This document shows, piece after piece, positions 9,580-17,316 of a stretch of DNA of 37,036 bases; positions within the stretch are counted from its first letter, which is position 1; each line of letters opens with the position of its first letter. The notes under the pieces are model-generated. The model made no database searches. It worked only from the letters and a program-made list of their open reading frames with translations, and was not told the DNA's origin. The position numbers and the translations under genes are program-made. Origin of the DNA: Thermoleophilia bacterium (GTDB lineage: Bacteria > Actinomycetota > Thermoleophilia > UBA2241); assembly GCA_052139595.1 (NCBI GenBank), contig JBKQWK010000052.1:1-37036 (forward strand), written 5' to 3'.

Positions 9580-10131
9580 TTATGTCTCCCTCGGCTTGTC
9601 GGATAGCGTCGGCTCACTTGTGGGCGTCTCGGCTTGCGGGTGGAGCGCCGCGGCTGCCCCCTCGGGACCAGCCGCGGCGTGCGTCTGTCGGTGCCAATGA
9701 TCGAACTTCTGCCACTCCACGAATTGCTGGTACTGCACGTCGTCCGGCCCCGACGCGCTGGGTGTTGGGGCGGGACCGGTGGTGGCGCTTGCGGTCGAGC
9801 GTTGGCGTGGGCCGGCGACGTAGACGATCAGTGCGCCGACGCCACCGCCGACGAAGAGGGCGAGCAGGAGGCCGAAGCCAAGGAGGACCACGCCGCCGAA
9901 TGGGGCGGCGCTCCTGATAGCGAGGCCGCCTGGCAGTTGCCCGAGCGGGTCGACGAGGCTTCCCGGTCTGATCGGCAGCAGTGGGTTGAACTGGCCTGCT
10001 GGCCTGACTTGAGCGATGACGGCGCTGGTAGCCTGGTGGTCGACACCAAAGGCGATGCCGACCGCGGCGACCGCGGCGAATGCCAGCGCTGCGATGATGA
10101 TCCCGATGATCGTCGTGCGAGTCATGGCCAT
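9580..10131 (-). CDS. Hypothetical two-TM membrane protein
   Basis: GAGAGG RBS; two TM helices, Pro/Thr-rich linker and a FVEWQKFDHWHRQTH segment; own promoter upstream. Confidence 0.7.
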   Translation of the reverse strand: MAMTRTTIIGIIIAALAFAAVAAVGIAFGVDHQATSAVIAQVRPAGQFNPLLPIRPGSLVDPLGQLPGGLAIRSAAPFGGVVLLGFGLLLALFVGGGVGALIVYVAGPRQRSTASATTGPAPTPSASGPDDVQYQQFVEWQKFDHWHRQTHAAAGPEGAAAALHPQAETPTSEPTLSDKPRET

Positions 10132-10174
10132 GCCTCTCGTTGCAGTGCGCGGTAGGTAACGTTCTGCTCGGGCC

Positions 10175-10206
10175 AGTATACCGGGCTAAGGTTTCGGAAC
10201 GGTTTC
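10175..10206 (-). promoter_or_regulatory. Promoter with tandem OmpR-type boxes
   Basis: Minus strand GAAACC-N5-GAAACC-N9-TATACT (11-bp period boxes in place of a -35). Confidence 0.6.
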
Positions 10207-11407
10207 ATGGTCGGCCCTTGACAACATGCTGTCGGAGTCCGTCCTCGAACTCGGTCGGCGTAGCATCAGAGGCCCAGTGACGATGCGTCGCGGTGGAGAG
10301 GGGGAAACTCACCGCGACTTTGAGGCCGCCTTCCGGTCGCGGCGTGACTTCAAGGGTAGCGCCGTGGACGTTGGCGACAGCGCGCACGATTGACAGGCCG
10401 AGCCCGTGGCCATCGACACTTCGCGTGCGGGCGGCGCCCCCTTTGCGGAAGGGCTCGAAGAGCCGCTCGACATCCTCCGAGGGCACGACCTGCCCCGTGT
10501 TGACGACGGAGAGGACCGCGGAGCCTGCCTGCGTCTCGGTCGCGACCTTGACTCGGCCGCCATCGACGTTGTGGTGCAGGGCGTTGTCCACGAGGTTGGC
10601 GATCAGGCTTTCTACGAGGCTCGAGTCACCCGCGACAGGCGCCGCGGCGAACGCTACGTCGACACTGATCCCTCGGCGCTCGGCTTCTTCTCGGCGAGCT
10701 GCGACCACCCTCCGGGCGAGCGCGGCAAGATCGCAGGGCTCCCACTGTTCGATCCCGCGTTCGCTTCTCGCCAATGTGAGCAGGGCTGCGATCAGCCGTT
10801 CCTGCAGCTCGCCCAACTGCAGAAGCTGCGCGCCGGCCGCTCGCCATGTCGCGACGTCCGCGTCCCGATCGGCGAGTGTGACCTGGAGCAGGCTTCGTTC
10901 TGCGGTGAGCGGGGTGCGCAGCTCATGGGAGGCGTTGGCCACGAAGTGCCGTTGTGACTCAAACGAGGCTTCGAGTCGCCCGAACAGATCATCGAGGGTC
11001 TCGCCGAGTTCCTTGAGCTCGTCGTCGGGGCCCTCGATGTTCAGGCGCTCATGCAGGCTGGAGGCCGAGATGTCCCTGGCTGTCGCTGTGATCGTGCGCA
11101 GGGCCCGCAGGAGCCGACCGGCGATCAGCCAGCCAAGCGCCAGTGCGAGCACCACTGCCACGGCGAGCACAAGCGCAAAGCCGATGTCCAGATGGCGACC
11201 GTTGCTGGCAGCCTGGGCGTTGAGAACCGCATTCACGGGGGACCCGGGCGCGGCTTTGGCTCCCGTGCCATACAGCACGCCCCAGATGCCCAGCACGGCG
11301 ACGAGCAGGGCGACGAAGACGCCGCCGTAGAGCAGCGTCAGCTGCAGGCGCAGCGTACGCCGGGGCACGTGAAGCCGCGTCATCGCTCTACGAAGTGGTT
11401 TCATCAC
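10205..11407 (-). CDS. Two-component sensor histidine kinase (HAMP-HisKA-HATPase), short extracytoplasmic loop
   Basis: H-box FVANASHELRTPL, N-box NLVDNA, G-box GHGLGLSIV, HAMP DDELKELG. Start is GTG 11407 or ATG 11404, coupled to the RR stop. Confidence 0.95.
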   Translation of the reverse strand: MMKPLRRAMTRLHVPRRTLRLQLTLLYGGVFVALLVAVLGIWGVLYGTGAKAAPGSPVNAVLNAQAASNGRHLDIGFALVLAVAVVLALALGWLIAGRLLRALRTITATARDISASSLHERLNIEGPDDELKELGETLDDLFGRLEASFESQRHFVANASHELRTPLTAERSLLQVTLADRDADVATWRAAGAQLLQLGELQERLIAALLTLARSERGIEQWEPCDLAALARRVVAARREEAERRGISVDVAFAAAPVAGDSSLVESLIANLVDNALHHNVDGGRVKVATETQAGSAVLSVVNTGQVVPSEDVERLFEPFRKGGAARTRSVDGHGLGLSIVRAVANVHGATLEVTPRPEGGLKVAVSFPLSTATHRHWASDATPTEFEDGLRQHVVKGRP

Positions 11408-12066
11408 GCACCTCCGATGCGGTAGCCGCTCTCGCGGACGGTCTCGATAACGGGCGGCTCGCCGAGCTTGGTCCGCAAGCGGCGGATCGTCGTCTTGACC
11501 GCCGTGGTGAAGGGGTCGGCCGCCTCGTCCCAGACTCGTTCGAGCAGCTCCTCGGAGGAGACCGCCCTGCCCTGAGCGGCGAGCAGATACTCCAGCACGG
11601 CGAACTCCTTGGGGCTGAGATCGAGGCGGCGGCCGGCGCGAGACGCCGTGCGGCGGGCGGGGTCGAGGCTCAGATCGGCGCTCGCGAGCGTCGGCGGCAG
11701 CGGCGGCGTGGAGCGGCGACCGAGGGCGCGGATGCGAGCCACGAGCTCGGCGAAGTCGAAGGGCTTGGGCAGGTAGTCGTCGGCGCCCAAGCTCAGGCCG
11801 TCCACGCGTTCTTCGACGGCGCCGGCCGCGGTCAGCATGAGGACGCGCGTCTCGGACCGCTCGGCGATCAGCCTGCGACAGACCTCGTCGCCGGACACGC
11901 CGGGCAGGTCGCGGTCAAGCACGACGACGTCGTAACGGGTGACGGCCAGATGCTCAAGTGCGTCGCGGCCGTCCAGGACGACGTCGACCGCCATGCCCTC
12001 GCGGCGCAGCCCGGTGCCGATCGTTGCGGCCAGAACCTCGAAGTCCTCGACGACCAGTACTCTCAT
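11404..12066 (-). CDS. OmpR/PhoB family response regulator
   Basis: MRVLVVED, VVVLDRDLP, GADDYLPKPF, winged helix LSPKEFAVL..RLRTKLG..IETVR. Confidence 0.96.
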   Translation of the reverse strand: MRVLVVEDFEVLAATIGTGLRREGMAVDVVLDGRDALEHLAVTRYDVVVLDRDLPGVSGDEVCRRLIAERSETRVLMLTAAGAVEERVDGLSLGADDYLPKPFDFAELVARIRALGRRSTPPLPPTLASADLSLDPARRTASRAGRRLDLSPKEFAVLEYLLAAQGRAVSSEELLERVWDEAADPFTTAVKTTIRRLRTKLGEPPVIETVRESGYRIGGA

Positions 12067-12145
12067 GACATTCTCCGAATCCTCTCCTCATCTTCCGCTG
12101 CGGCGATCTTCGCTCGACCCAGGGCGCAGCCGGTGGGTGTGGGTC

Positions 12146-12220
12146 CCAAGATACTCGGTTTCTGGTGTCAGCACGGTGTCAACTGCTGACACCGTGCTGA
12201 CACCGCTGATGTCGTACAAC
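12146..12220. promoter_or_regulatory. Divergent promoter pair with palindromic double tandem box
   Basis: Perfect 18-bp inverted repeat GGTGTCAGCACGGTGTCA-actgc-TGACACCGTGCTGACACC (12164-12204). Each arm is GACACC-N5-GACACC, followed 10 nt later by a -10-like hexamer (TACAAC on +, TATCTT on -). Confidence 0.8.
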
Positions 12221-12255
12221 GATTGCGACAGCGAGCGACCGAGAGGAACGATCAC

Positions 12256-13212
12256 ATGGGCGAGAGCACCGCCGGTGGCGACGAGACGAACATCGAAGTC
12301 ACCAACCTGCACAAGCGTTTCGGCCACACAGTTGCCCTGGACGGCCTGTCCTTCATCGTCAGACCGGGGCAGGTCACCGGCTTCGTCGGCCCCAACGGCG
12401 CCGGCAAGTCGACGACGATGCGCGTGATCCTCGGACTCGACGCGGTCGAGCAGGGCCGCGCCCTGATCGGCGGCCGGCCCTACCGGAGCCTCAGCCGCCC
12501 GCTGAGTCATGTCGGCTCGCTGCTTGACGCCGGCGCTTTGCACCCCAGCCGCAGCGGGCGCAACCACCTGCTCTGGCTCGCCCACTCGCAGGGGTTGTCG
12601 GCCCGGCGAGTCGACGAGGTGGTCGAGCAGGCCGGCCTGCAAGGCGTGATCCGGCGCAAGGCTGGCGGCTACTCGCTGGGCATGCGCCAGCGCCTCGGCC
12701 TGGCTGCCGCCATGCTCGGCGACCCGCCGATCCTGCTGCTTGATGAGCCCTTCGATGGTCTCGATCCCGAGGGCATCGTCTGGATGCGCGGCTTTCTGCG
12801 CGAGCTGGCTGGTCAGGGGCGCGCCGTGTTTGTGTCGAGCCACCTGATGGGCGAGCTGCAGGACATGGCCGACCACCTGGTAGTGATCGGCCGTGGCCGC
12901 CTGGTGGCTGACACCAGCCTGACCGAACTGCTTGCCGCCGCCTCGCGCGGCCGCGTCAGGCTGCGCACCGCGGAGCCGGTGCAGGCCACGACGGTGCTGA
13001 GCAACGCCGGCGCCACCGTGGCGGCCACCGGGACCGACACGCTCACCATCTCTGGGCTTGCCTCGGAGCGCGTCGCCGGACTGCTCGGCGAACACGCGGT
13101 GGCCTTCTCCGAGGTCGCAGTGCAGCGCGCCACCTTGGAGGAAGCCTACATGGAGCTCACCCGGGAGGCGGTCGAGTTTCACGCCGCTCCCGCCGAGGAG
13201 GCGCGGCGATGA
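12256..13212 (+). CDS. ABC transporter ATP-binding protein (BcrA/LanF-like)
   Basis: GPNGAGKST, YSLGMRQRLG signature, LLDEPFDGLD; GAGAGG RBS before ATG 12256. Confidence 0.94.
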   Translation: MGESTAGGDETNIEVTNLHKRFGHTVALDGLSFIVRPGQVTGFVGPNGAGKSTTMRVILGLDAVEQGRALIGGRPYRSLSRPLSHVGSLLDAGALHPSRSGRNHLLWLAHSQGLSARRVDEVVEQAGLQGVIRRKAGGYSLGMRQRLGLAAAMLGDPPILLLDEPFDGLDPEGIVWMRGFLRELAGQGRAVFVSSHLMGELQDMADHLVVIGRGRLVADTSLTELLAAASRGRVRLRTAEPVQATTVLSNAGATVAATGTDTLTISGLASERVAGLLGEHAVAFSEVAVQRATLEEAYMELTREAVEFHAAPAEEARR

Positions 13213-14795
13213 GCGACACGCCCACGTTCTACCGCTCCGGCCTGCCGGCCGGCCACGACGGCTTCGCCCAGCTCCTGCGCGCCGAGTGGACCAAGCTGCA
13301 CACGGTGCGCGGCTGGGTGATCGCCCTTGTGGTCGCCGGGCTGCTAATCGTGCTGATGGCGGTTCTTGCCACCTTCCACCAGCAGAACTACGTCCAGGTG
13401 GCGCCCGGCTCTCCGGTCGTTGCCGCCCATCCGTTCGTCCCCCTGAGCCCCGGCGGCGAAGCCGTAACCGACAGCTTCTACTTCGTGCACCAGCCACTTG
13501 CGGGCAACGGCAGCATCACCGTGCGCGTGAGTTCGCTGACGGGCGAGATCGCACAGACGTACAACAGTCACTCGGTGAGCCAGAGCCAGCAGCTGACGAG
13601 CACACGCCCCGGCCTCGTCCCCTGGGCCAAAGCCGGGCTCATCGTCAAGGAGAGCACCCGGCAGGGATCGCCCTACGCGGCGCTCATGGTCACCGGTAGC
13701 CACGGCGTGCGGATGCAGTACGACTACACGCACGATATCGCCGGCAGTCCGGGCGTGGTCTCTGCGGCGTCGCCGCGCTGGTTGCGACTGAGCCGCTCCG
13801 GCGACACGCTCACCGGCTACGAGTCAGCGGACGGCACTCATTGGACCAGAGTCGGTAGCGTCCGCCTGGCGGGACTCCCGGAGACGGTGCAGGCGGGGCT
13901 CTTCGTAACCTCTCCGGCTACCCCGCCGCCGACTCAGGCGTTTTCGGACCAAACGGCCAGTTCGGCGAGCGCGGTCTTCGAACACGTCAGTCTCGAGGGG
14001 CAGTGGCCTGAAAACGCCTGGAGCGGCGTCGCCGTGGGAGCTGGCACCGTCACGCCGACCCTGACCTCGGGCAGTTACCACCCGGCCGGCGGGATCTTGA
14101 CCATCAGCGGCTCCGGCGATATCGCCCCGGCCGTGGGTGTGGGATCCACTCCCGCAGACAGCCTCGCGGGCTTGTTCGTCGCGCTGATCGTGGTGATCGT
14201 CGTGGGCGCGCTGTTTATGACCGCCGAGTACCGGCGCGGCATCATCCTCCGTACCACCCTGGCGGCGAGTCCGCGGCGCGGCCGGGTGCTCGCCGCCAAG
14301 GCGCTCGTGCTCGGTGCGGTTACCTTCGTCGTCGGTCTGGTCGCCACTGCGATCGCCGTGCCGCTCGGCGAGCACCTCCTGCGCGTGAACGGCAACTACC
14401 TCTACCCGGTGAGCGTCTTCAGCGAGGTGCGTGTGGTGGCTGGTACCGCGGCGCTGCTCGCCCTCGCCGCAATCTTCGCGCTTGCTCTCGGTACCGTGCT
14501 GCGGCGCAGCGCCGCGGCGATCGTCGCCGTCATCGCGGTGATCGTCCTGCCTAACGTCCTCGTGATCACGGCCGCCCTGCCTTTGGTCGCGTCGCAGTGG
14601 CTGCTGCGCCTCACCCCGGCCGCCGGCTTAGCTATCGAGCAGACCCTGACGGCCTATCCGCAGGTGGACTACGCCTACTCTCCGGCGCACGGCTACTTCC
14701 CCCTGGCCCCCTGGGCCGGCTTTGCCGTGCTCTGCGCCTATGCCGCGCTGGCCCTGGGCCTGGCCGTCGTGCTGCTGCGCCGGAGAGACGCATGA
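13209..14795 (+). CDS. ABC permease with inserted extracytoplasmic beta-sandwich (ConA-like/DUF1349-like) domain
   Basis: LRAEWTKL N-terminus and TAEYRRGI..TTLAASPRRGRVLAAKA motif. Between TM1 and TM2, about 260 aa carrying WAKAGLIVK, PRWLRLSRSGDTLTGYESADGTHW, VQAGLFVTS. Confidence 0.85.
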   Translation: MSDTPTFYRSGLPAGHDGFAQLLRAEWTKLHTVRGWVIALVVAGLLIVLMAVLATFHQQNYVQVAPGSPVVAAHPFVPLSPGGEAVTDSFYFVHQPLAGNGSITVRVSSLTGEIAQTYNSHSVSQSQQLTSTRPGLVPWAKAGLIVKESTRQGSPYAALMVTGSHGVRMQYDYTHDIAGSPGVVSAASPRWLRLSRSGDTLTGYESADGTHWTRVGSVRLAGLPETVQAGLFVTSPATPPPTQAFSDQTASSASAVFEHVSLEGQWPENAWSGVAVGAGTVTPTLTSGSYHPAGGILTISGSGDIAPAVGVGSTPADSLAGLFVALIVVIVVGALFMTAEYRRGIILRTTLAASPRRGRVLAAKALVLGAVTFVVGLVATAIAVPLGEHLLRVNGNYLYPVSVFSEVRVVAGTAALLALAAIFALALGTVLRRSAAAIVAVIAVIVLPNVLVITAALPLVASQWLLRLTPAAGLAIEQTLTAYPQVDYAYSPAHGYFPLAPWAGFAVLCAYAALALGLAVVLLRRRDA

Positions 14796-15568
14796 GGTCG
14801 GCGCTGCACGCCGAGTGGACGAAGCTGCGCACCGTGGCCGGGCCGAGCTGGCTGCTGCTGGCCACGATCGTAGTGACCGTGGTCCTGAGTGCCTTCGCGC
14901 TGACCGCCGCGAGCTACGCAAACACCGGCGCAGGCGTCGATCTCACCAAGCTCAGCCTCACCGGGATCTACTTAGGCCAAGCCATCGTTGCCATCCTGGG
15001 AGTGGTCGCGATCGGTGGCGAGTATGGCTCTGGCGTGATCAGCATCACCCTGGCGGCCATGCCCAGGCGGTGGACCGTCCTGGCCGCCAAAGCGGTCATG
15101 GTCGGTGGCCTGGTGCTGGCAGCCGGGGCCATCGCCGTGGGCGTCTGCCTGCTCGCCGGGCGGCTGCGCTTGCCTGGAGGCGGCTTCACGGCGGCGCACG
15201 GCTACGCTCTCCTCTCCCTTGCCCACGGTCCGACGCTGCGCGCCGCCGCCGGCTCGGTCCTCTACCTCGCCTTGATCGCCCTGCTCAGCCTCGGCGTGGC
15301 GACTGCCGTGCGCAGCTCGGCGGCGGCCATCGGGATCGTGCTCGGCCTGCTCTACCTGTTTCCGATCATCACCGCCGTGATCCCCTTTCCGCACTGGCAG
15401 CGGCACCTTCAGCAGATCGCGCCGATGACAGCCGGGCTCACCGTTCAAGCCACCGTCAACCTCCGCAGTCTGCCGATCGGCCCTTGGGCAGGTCTCGGTG
15501 TGACCGCCGCCTGGGCAGCGGGGGCGCTCCTTCTCGGCGGGCTGCTCTTGCGGCTGCGTGACGCGTGA
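14792..15568 (+). CDS. ABC permease (second subunit)
   Basis: MRSALHAEWTKLRT, GEYGSGVISITLAAMPRRWTVLAAKA, C-terminal RLRDA; ATGA overlap with the previous gene. Confidence 0.9.
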   Translation: MRSALHAEWTKLRTVAGPSWLLLATIVVTVVLSAFALTAASYANTGAGVDLTKLSLTGIYLGQAIVAILGVVAIGGEYGSGVISITLAAMPRRWTVLAAKAVMVGGLVLAAGAIAVGVCLLAGRLRLPGGGFTAAHGYALLSLAHGPTLRAAAGSVLYLALIALLSLGVATAVRSSAAAIGIVLGLLYLFPIITAVIPFPHWQRHLQQIAPMTAGLTVQATVNLRSLPIGPWAGLGVTAAWAAGALLLGGLLLRLRDA

Positions 15569-15989
15569 GTAAAGCCCCCGAAAACATCCCCCTGCGTCCT
15601 GATGCGATCTGAAATCGTGCATCTGTTCATGATCGCTTGGCATGAGCCTTCTGCTAGCGGGTTCACTGGGTCGGCCACCTGCTGCAGGCAGCGCGACACG
15701 CATTTGGCACGCGATTGACCGAGGGCAATGGTCGCAGCCGCGTGCCACCCGTACGCCCGCGACCGTGAAGGGCTCGCGCTCAGCGCCGATGCGAGGTGTT
15801 TGCAAAAGAGTGGCCCGGCCGGATTGCGCGCCGTGCGGTCGGGCTCTCGCTCGAACTGAGGTTTGCCTTCTGCGGAGCCCGACGCCGGCGCGTACGAGCG
15901 AGTGTCATCCGTTCTCGGGCTGCGTGTGTCGCGGGCTTGCCTGGCCGAACACCACCAGGGGCTTGTACGCCGCCGCGAGGCGTTGTACT

Positions 15990-16000
15990 ATACGCAGTAT
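15990..16000. promoter_or_regulatory. Candidate PadR operator
   Basis: ATAC-gca-GTAT palindrome in an AT-rich patch just upstream of the PadR start; no clear SD, so possibly leaderless. Confidence 0.4.
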
Positions 16001-16021
16001 GCTATCGATTATTGTTATCCC

Positions 16022-16597
16022 ATGAGTGTCCGCCACGCCCTGCTTGCCCTGTTGAGCGAGGGTCCCAAGTACGGTCTCCAGCTGCGGCAAGAGTTCGAGG
16101 CGAGAACCGGCGAGGTCTGGCCGCTGAACGTCGGCCAGGTGTACACAACGCTGCAGCGCCTCGAGCGCGACGGATTCGTTGAATCGGACGACAGCGGTAA
16201 GGAAGGCCCGCAGAAGGGATTTCGCATCACCGCCGACGGCGAGCAAGAACTCGCCGCCTGGTTGCGCATTCCGCCGGACCTGAGCTTGCCGCCACGCGAG
16301 GAGCTCGTCATCAAGGTGCTCGTGGCCCTGCTCGTACCCGGCGTCGATGTGCACGAGGTGATCCAAACTCATCGTCGCTATCTGGTCGAGCTGATGCAGC
16401 AGTGGACACATCTGAAGGAGGATGAATCGATGCTCGATCTGCCGTTCGCCTTGGTCGTCGACGCCGAGTTGTTCCGGTTGGACGCGGTCGTTCGCTGGCT
16501 TGACGCTGCCGACGGGCGGCTGAAGCGAGCTGTGCTCGACCCTCCGCCTGCCGGCACGACACCGCGGTTGCGCTTGCGAATCGCGGCGCGCCGATGA
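16022..16597 (+). CDS. PadR family transcriptional regulator
   Basis: MSVRHALLALLSEGPKYGLQL..WPLNVGQVYTTLQRLERDG winged helix; start moved to ATG 16022. Confidence 0.94.
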   Translation: MSVRHALLALLSEGPKYGLQLRQEFEARTGEVWPLNVGQVYTTLQRLERDGFVESDDSGKEGPQKGFRITADGEQELAAWLRIPPDLSLPPREELVIKVLVALLVPGVDVHEVIQTHRRYLVELMQQWTHLKEDESMLDLPFALVVDAELFRLDAVVRWLDAADGRLKRAVLDPPPAGTTPRLRLRIAARR

Positions 16598-17316
16598 GCA
16601 CCCTCGAACTGCGCCGCGTCTCGCGGATCTACGGCGCGGGAGCAACCAAGGTTCAGGCACTCAACGAGATCGACTTGGCGGTCGATGCCGGCGCGCTCGT
16701 TGCCGTCATGGGGCCGAGCGGCTCAGGCAAGAGCACCCTGCTCACGATCGCCGGCAGCCTTGAAGAGCCAACCAGCGGTGAGGTCCTCGTGAACGGCGTC
16801 TCCCTGTCGAAGATGTCACGCAACGAGAAGGCCCGCCTCAGGCGACGTTCGATCGGTTACGTCTTTCAGGACTACAACCTGCTCGCCGGGCTCACGGCGG
16901 CGGAGAACGTCTCGCTGCCGCTCGAACTCGACGGAGTCCCGTTGCGCAAGGCACGCAGCGCCGCACTGGCGGCCCTCGAGGAGTTTGGACTCAGCGATCA
17001 GGTGGCGCGCTTTCCCGACGAACTCTCCGGCGGTGAGCGCCAGCGGGTGGCGATTGCCCGGGCCATTGTCGGGGACCGCCATCTACTGCTCGCTGACGAG
17101 CCCTCGGGCGCCCTCGACTCGGTCAATGGCGAAGCGGTGATGCGCCTTCTGCTCGCTGCCTGCCGCCGCGGCGTGGCCGCGGTCGTCGTCACCCACGATG
17201 CGCAGCTCGCCTCATGGGCAGACAGGGTGGTGTTTCTCAGAGACGGCCGGGTGGTCGACCAGACTGCGCCTGTGCTTGGCCCCGAGTCGCTCCTCACGCC
17301 CGGCCGGCAGGAATGA
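16594..17316 (+). CDS. ABC transporter ATP-binding protein (LolD/MacB-like)
   Basis: GPSGSGKST, LSGGERQRVAIARA, LLADEPSGALD, VVVTHD. Confidence 0.95.
   Translation: MSTLELRRVSRIYGAGATKVQALNEIDLAVDAGALVAVMGPSGSGKSTLLTIAGSLEEPTSGEVLVNGVSLSKMSRNEKARLRRRSIGYVFQDYNLLAGLTAAENVSLPLELDGVPLRKARSAALAALEEFGLSDQVARFPDELSGGERQRVAIARAIVGDRHLLLADEPSGALDSVNGEAVMRLLLAACRRGVAAVVVTHDAQLASWADRVVFLRDGRVVDQTAPVLGPESLLTPGRQE

Noticed and set aside
10293-13497. Long antisense ORFs (10293-11330, 11395-12189, 12088-13497 and many similar)
   Set aside because: Shadows of real genes in high-GC DNA; Arg/Ser/Pro-rich, with no motifs or RBS.
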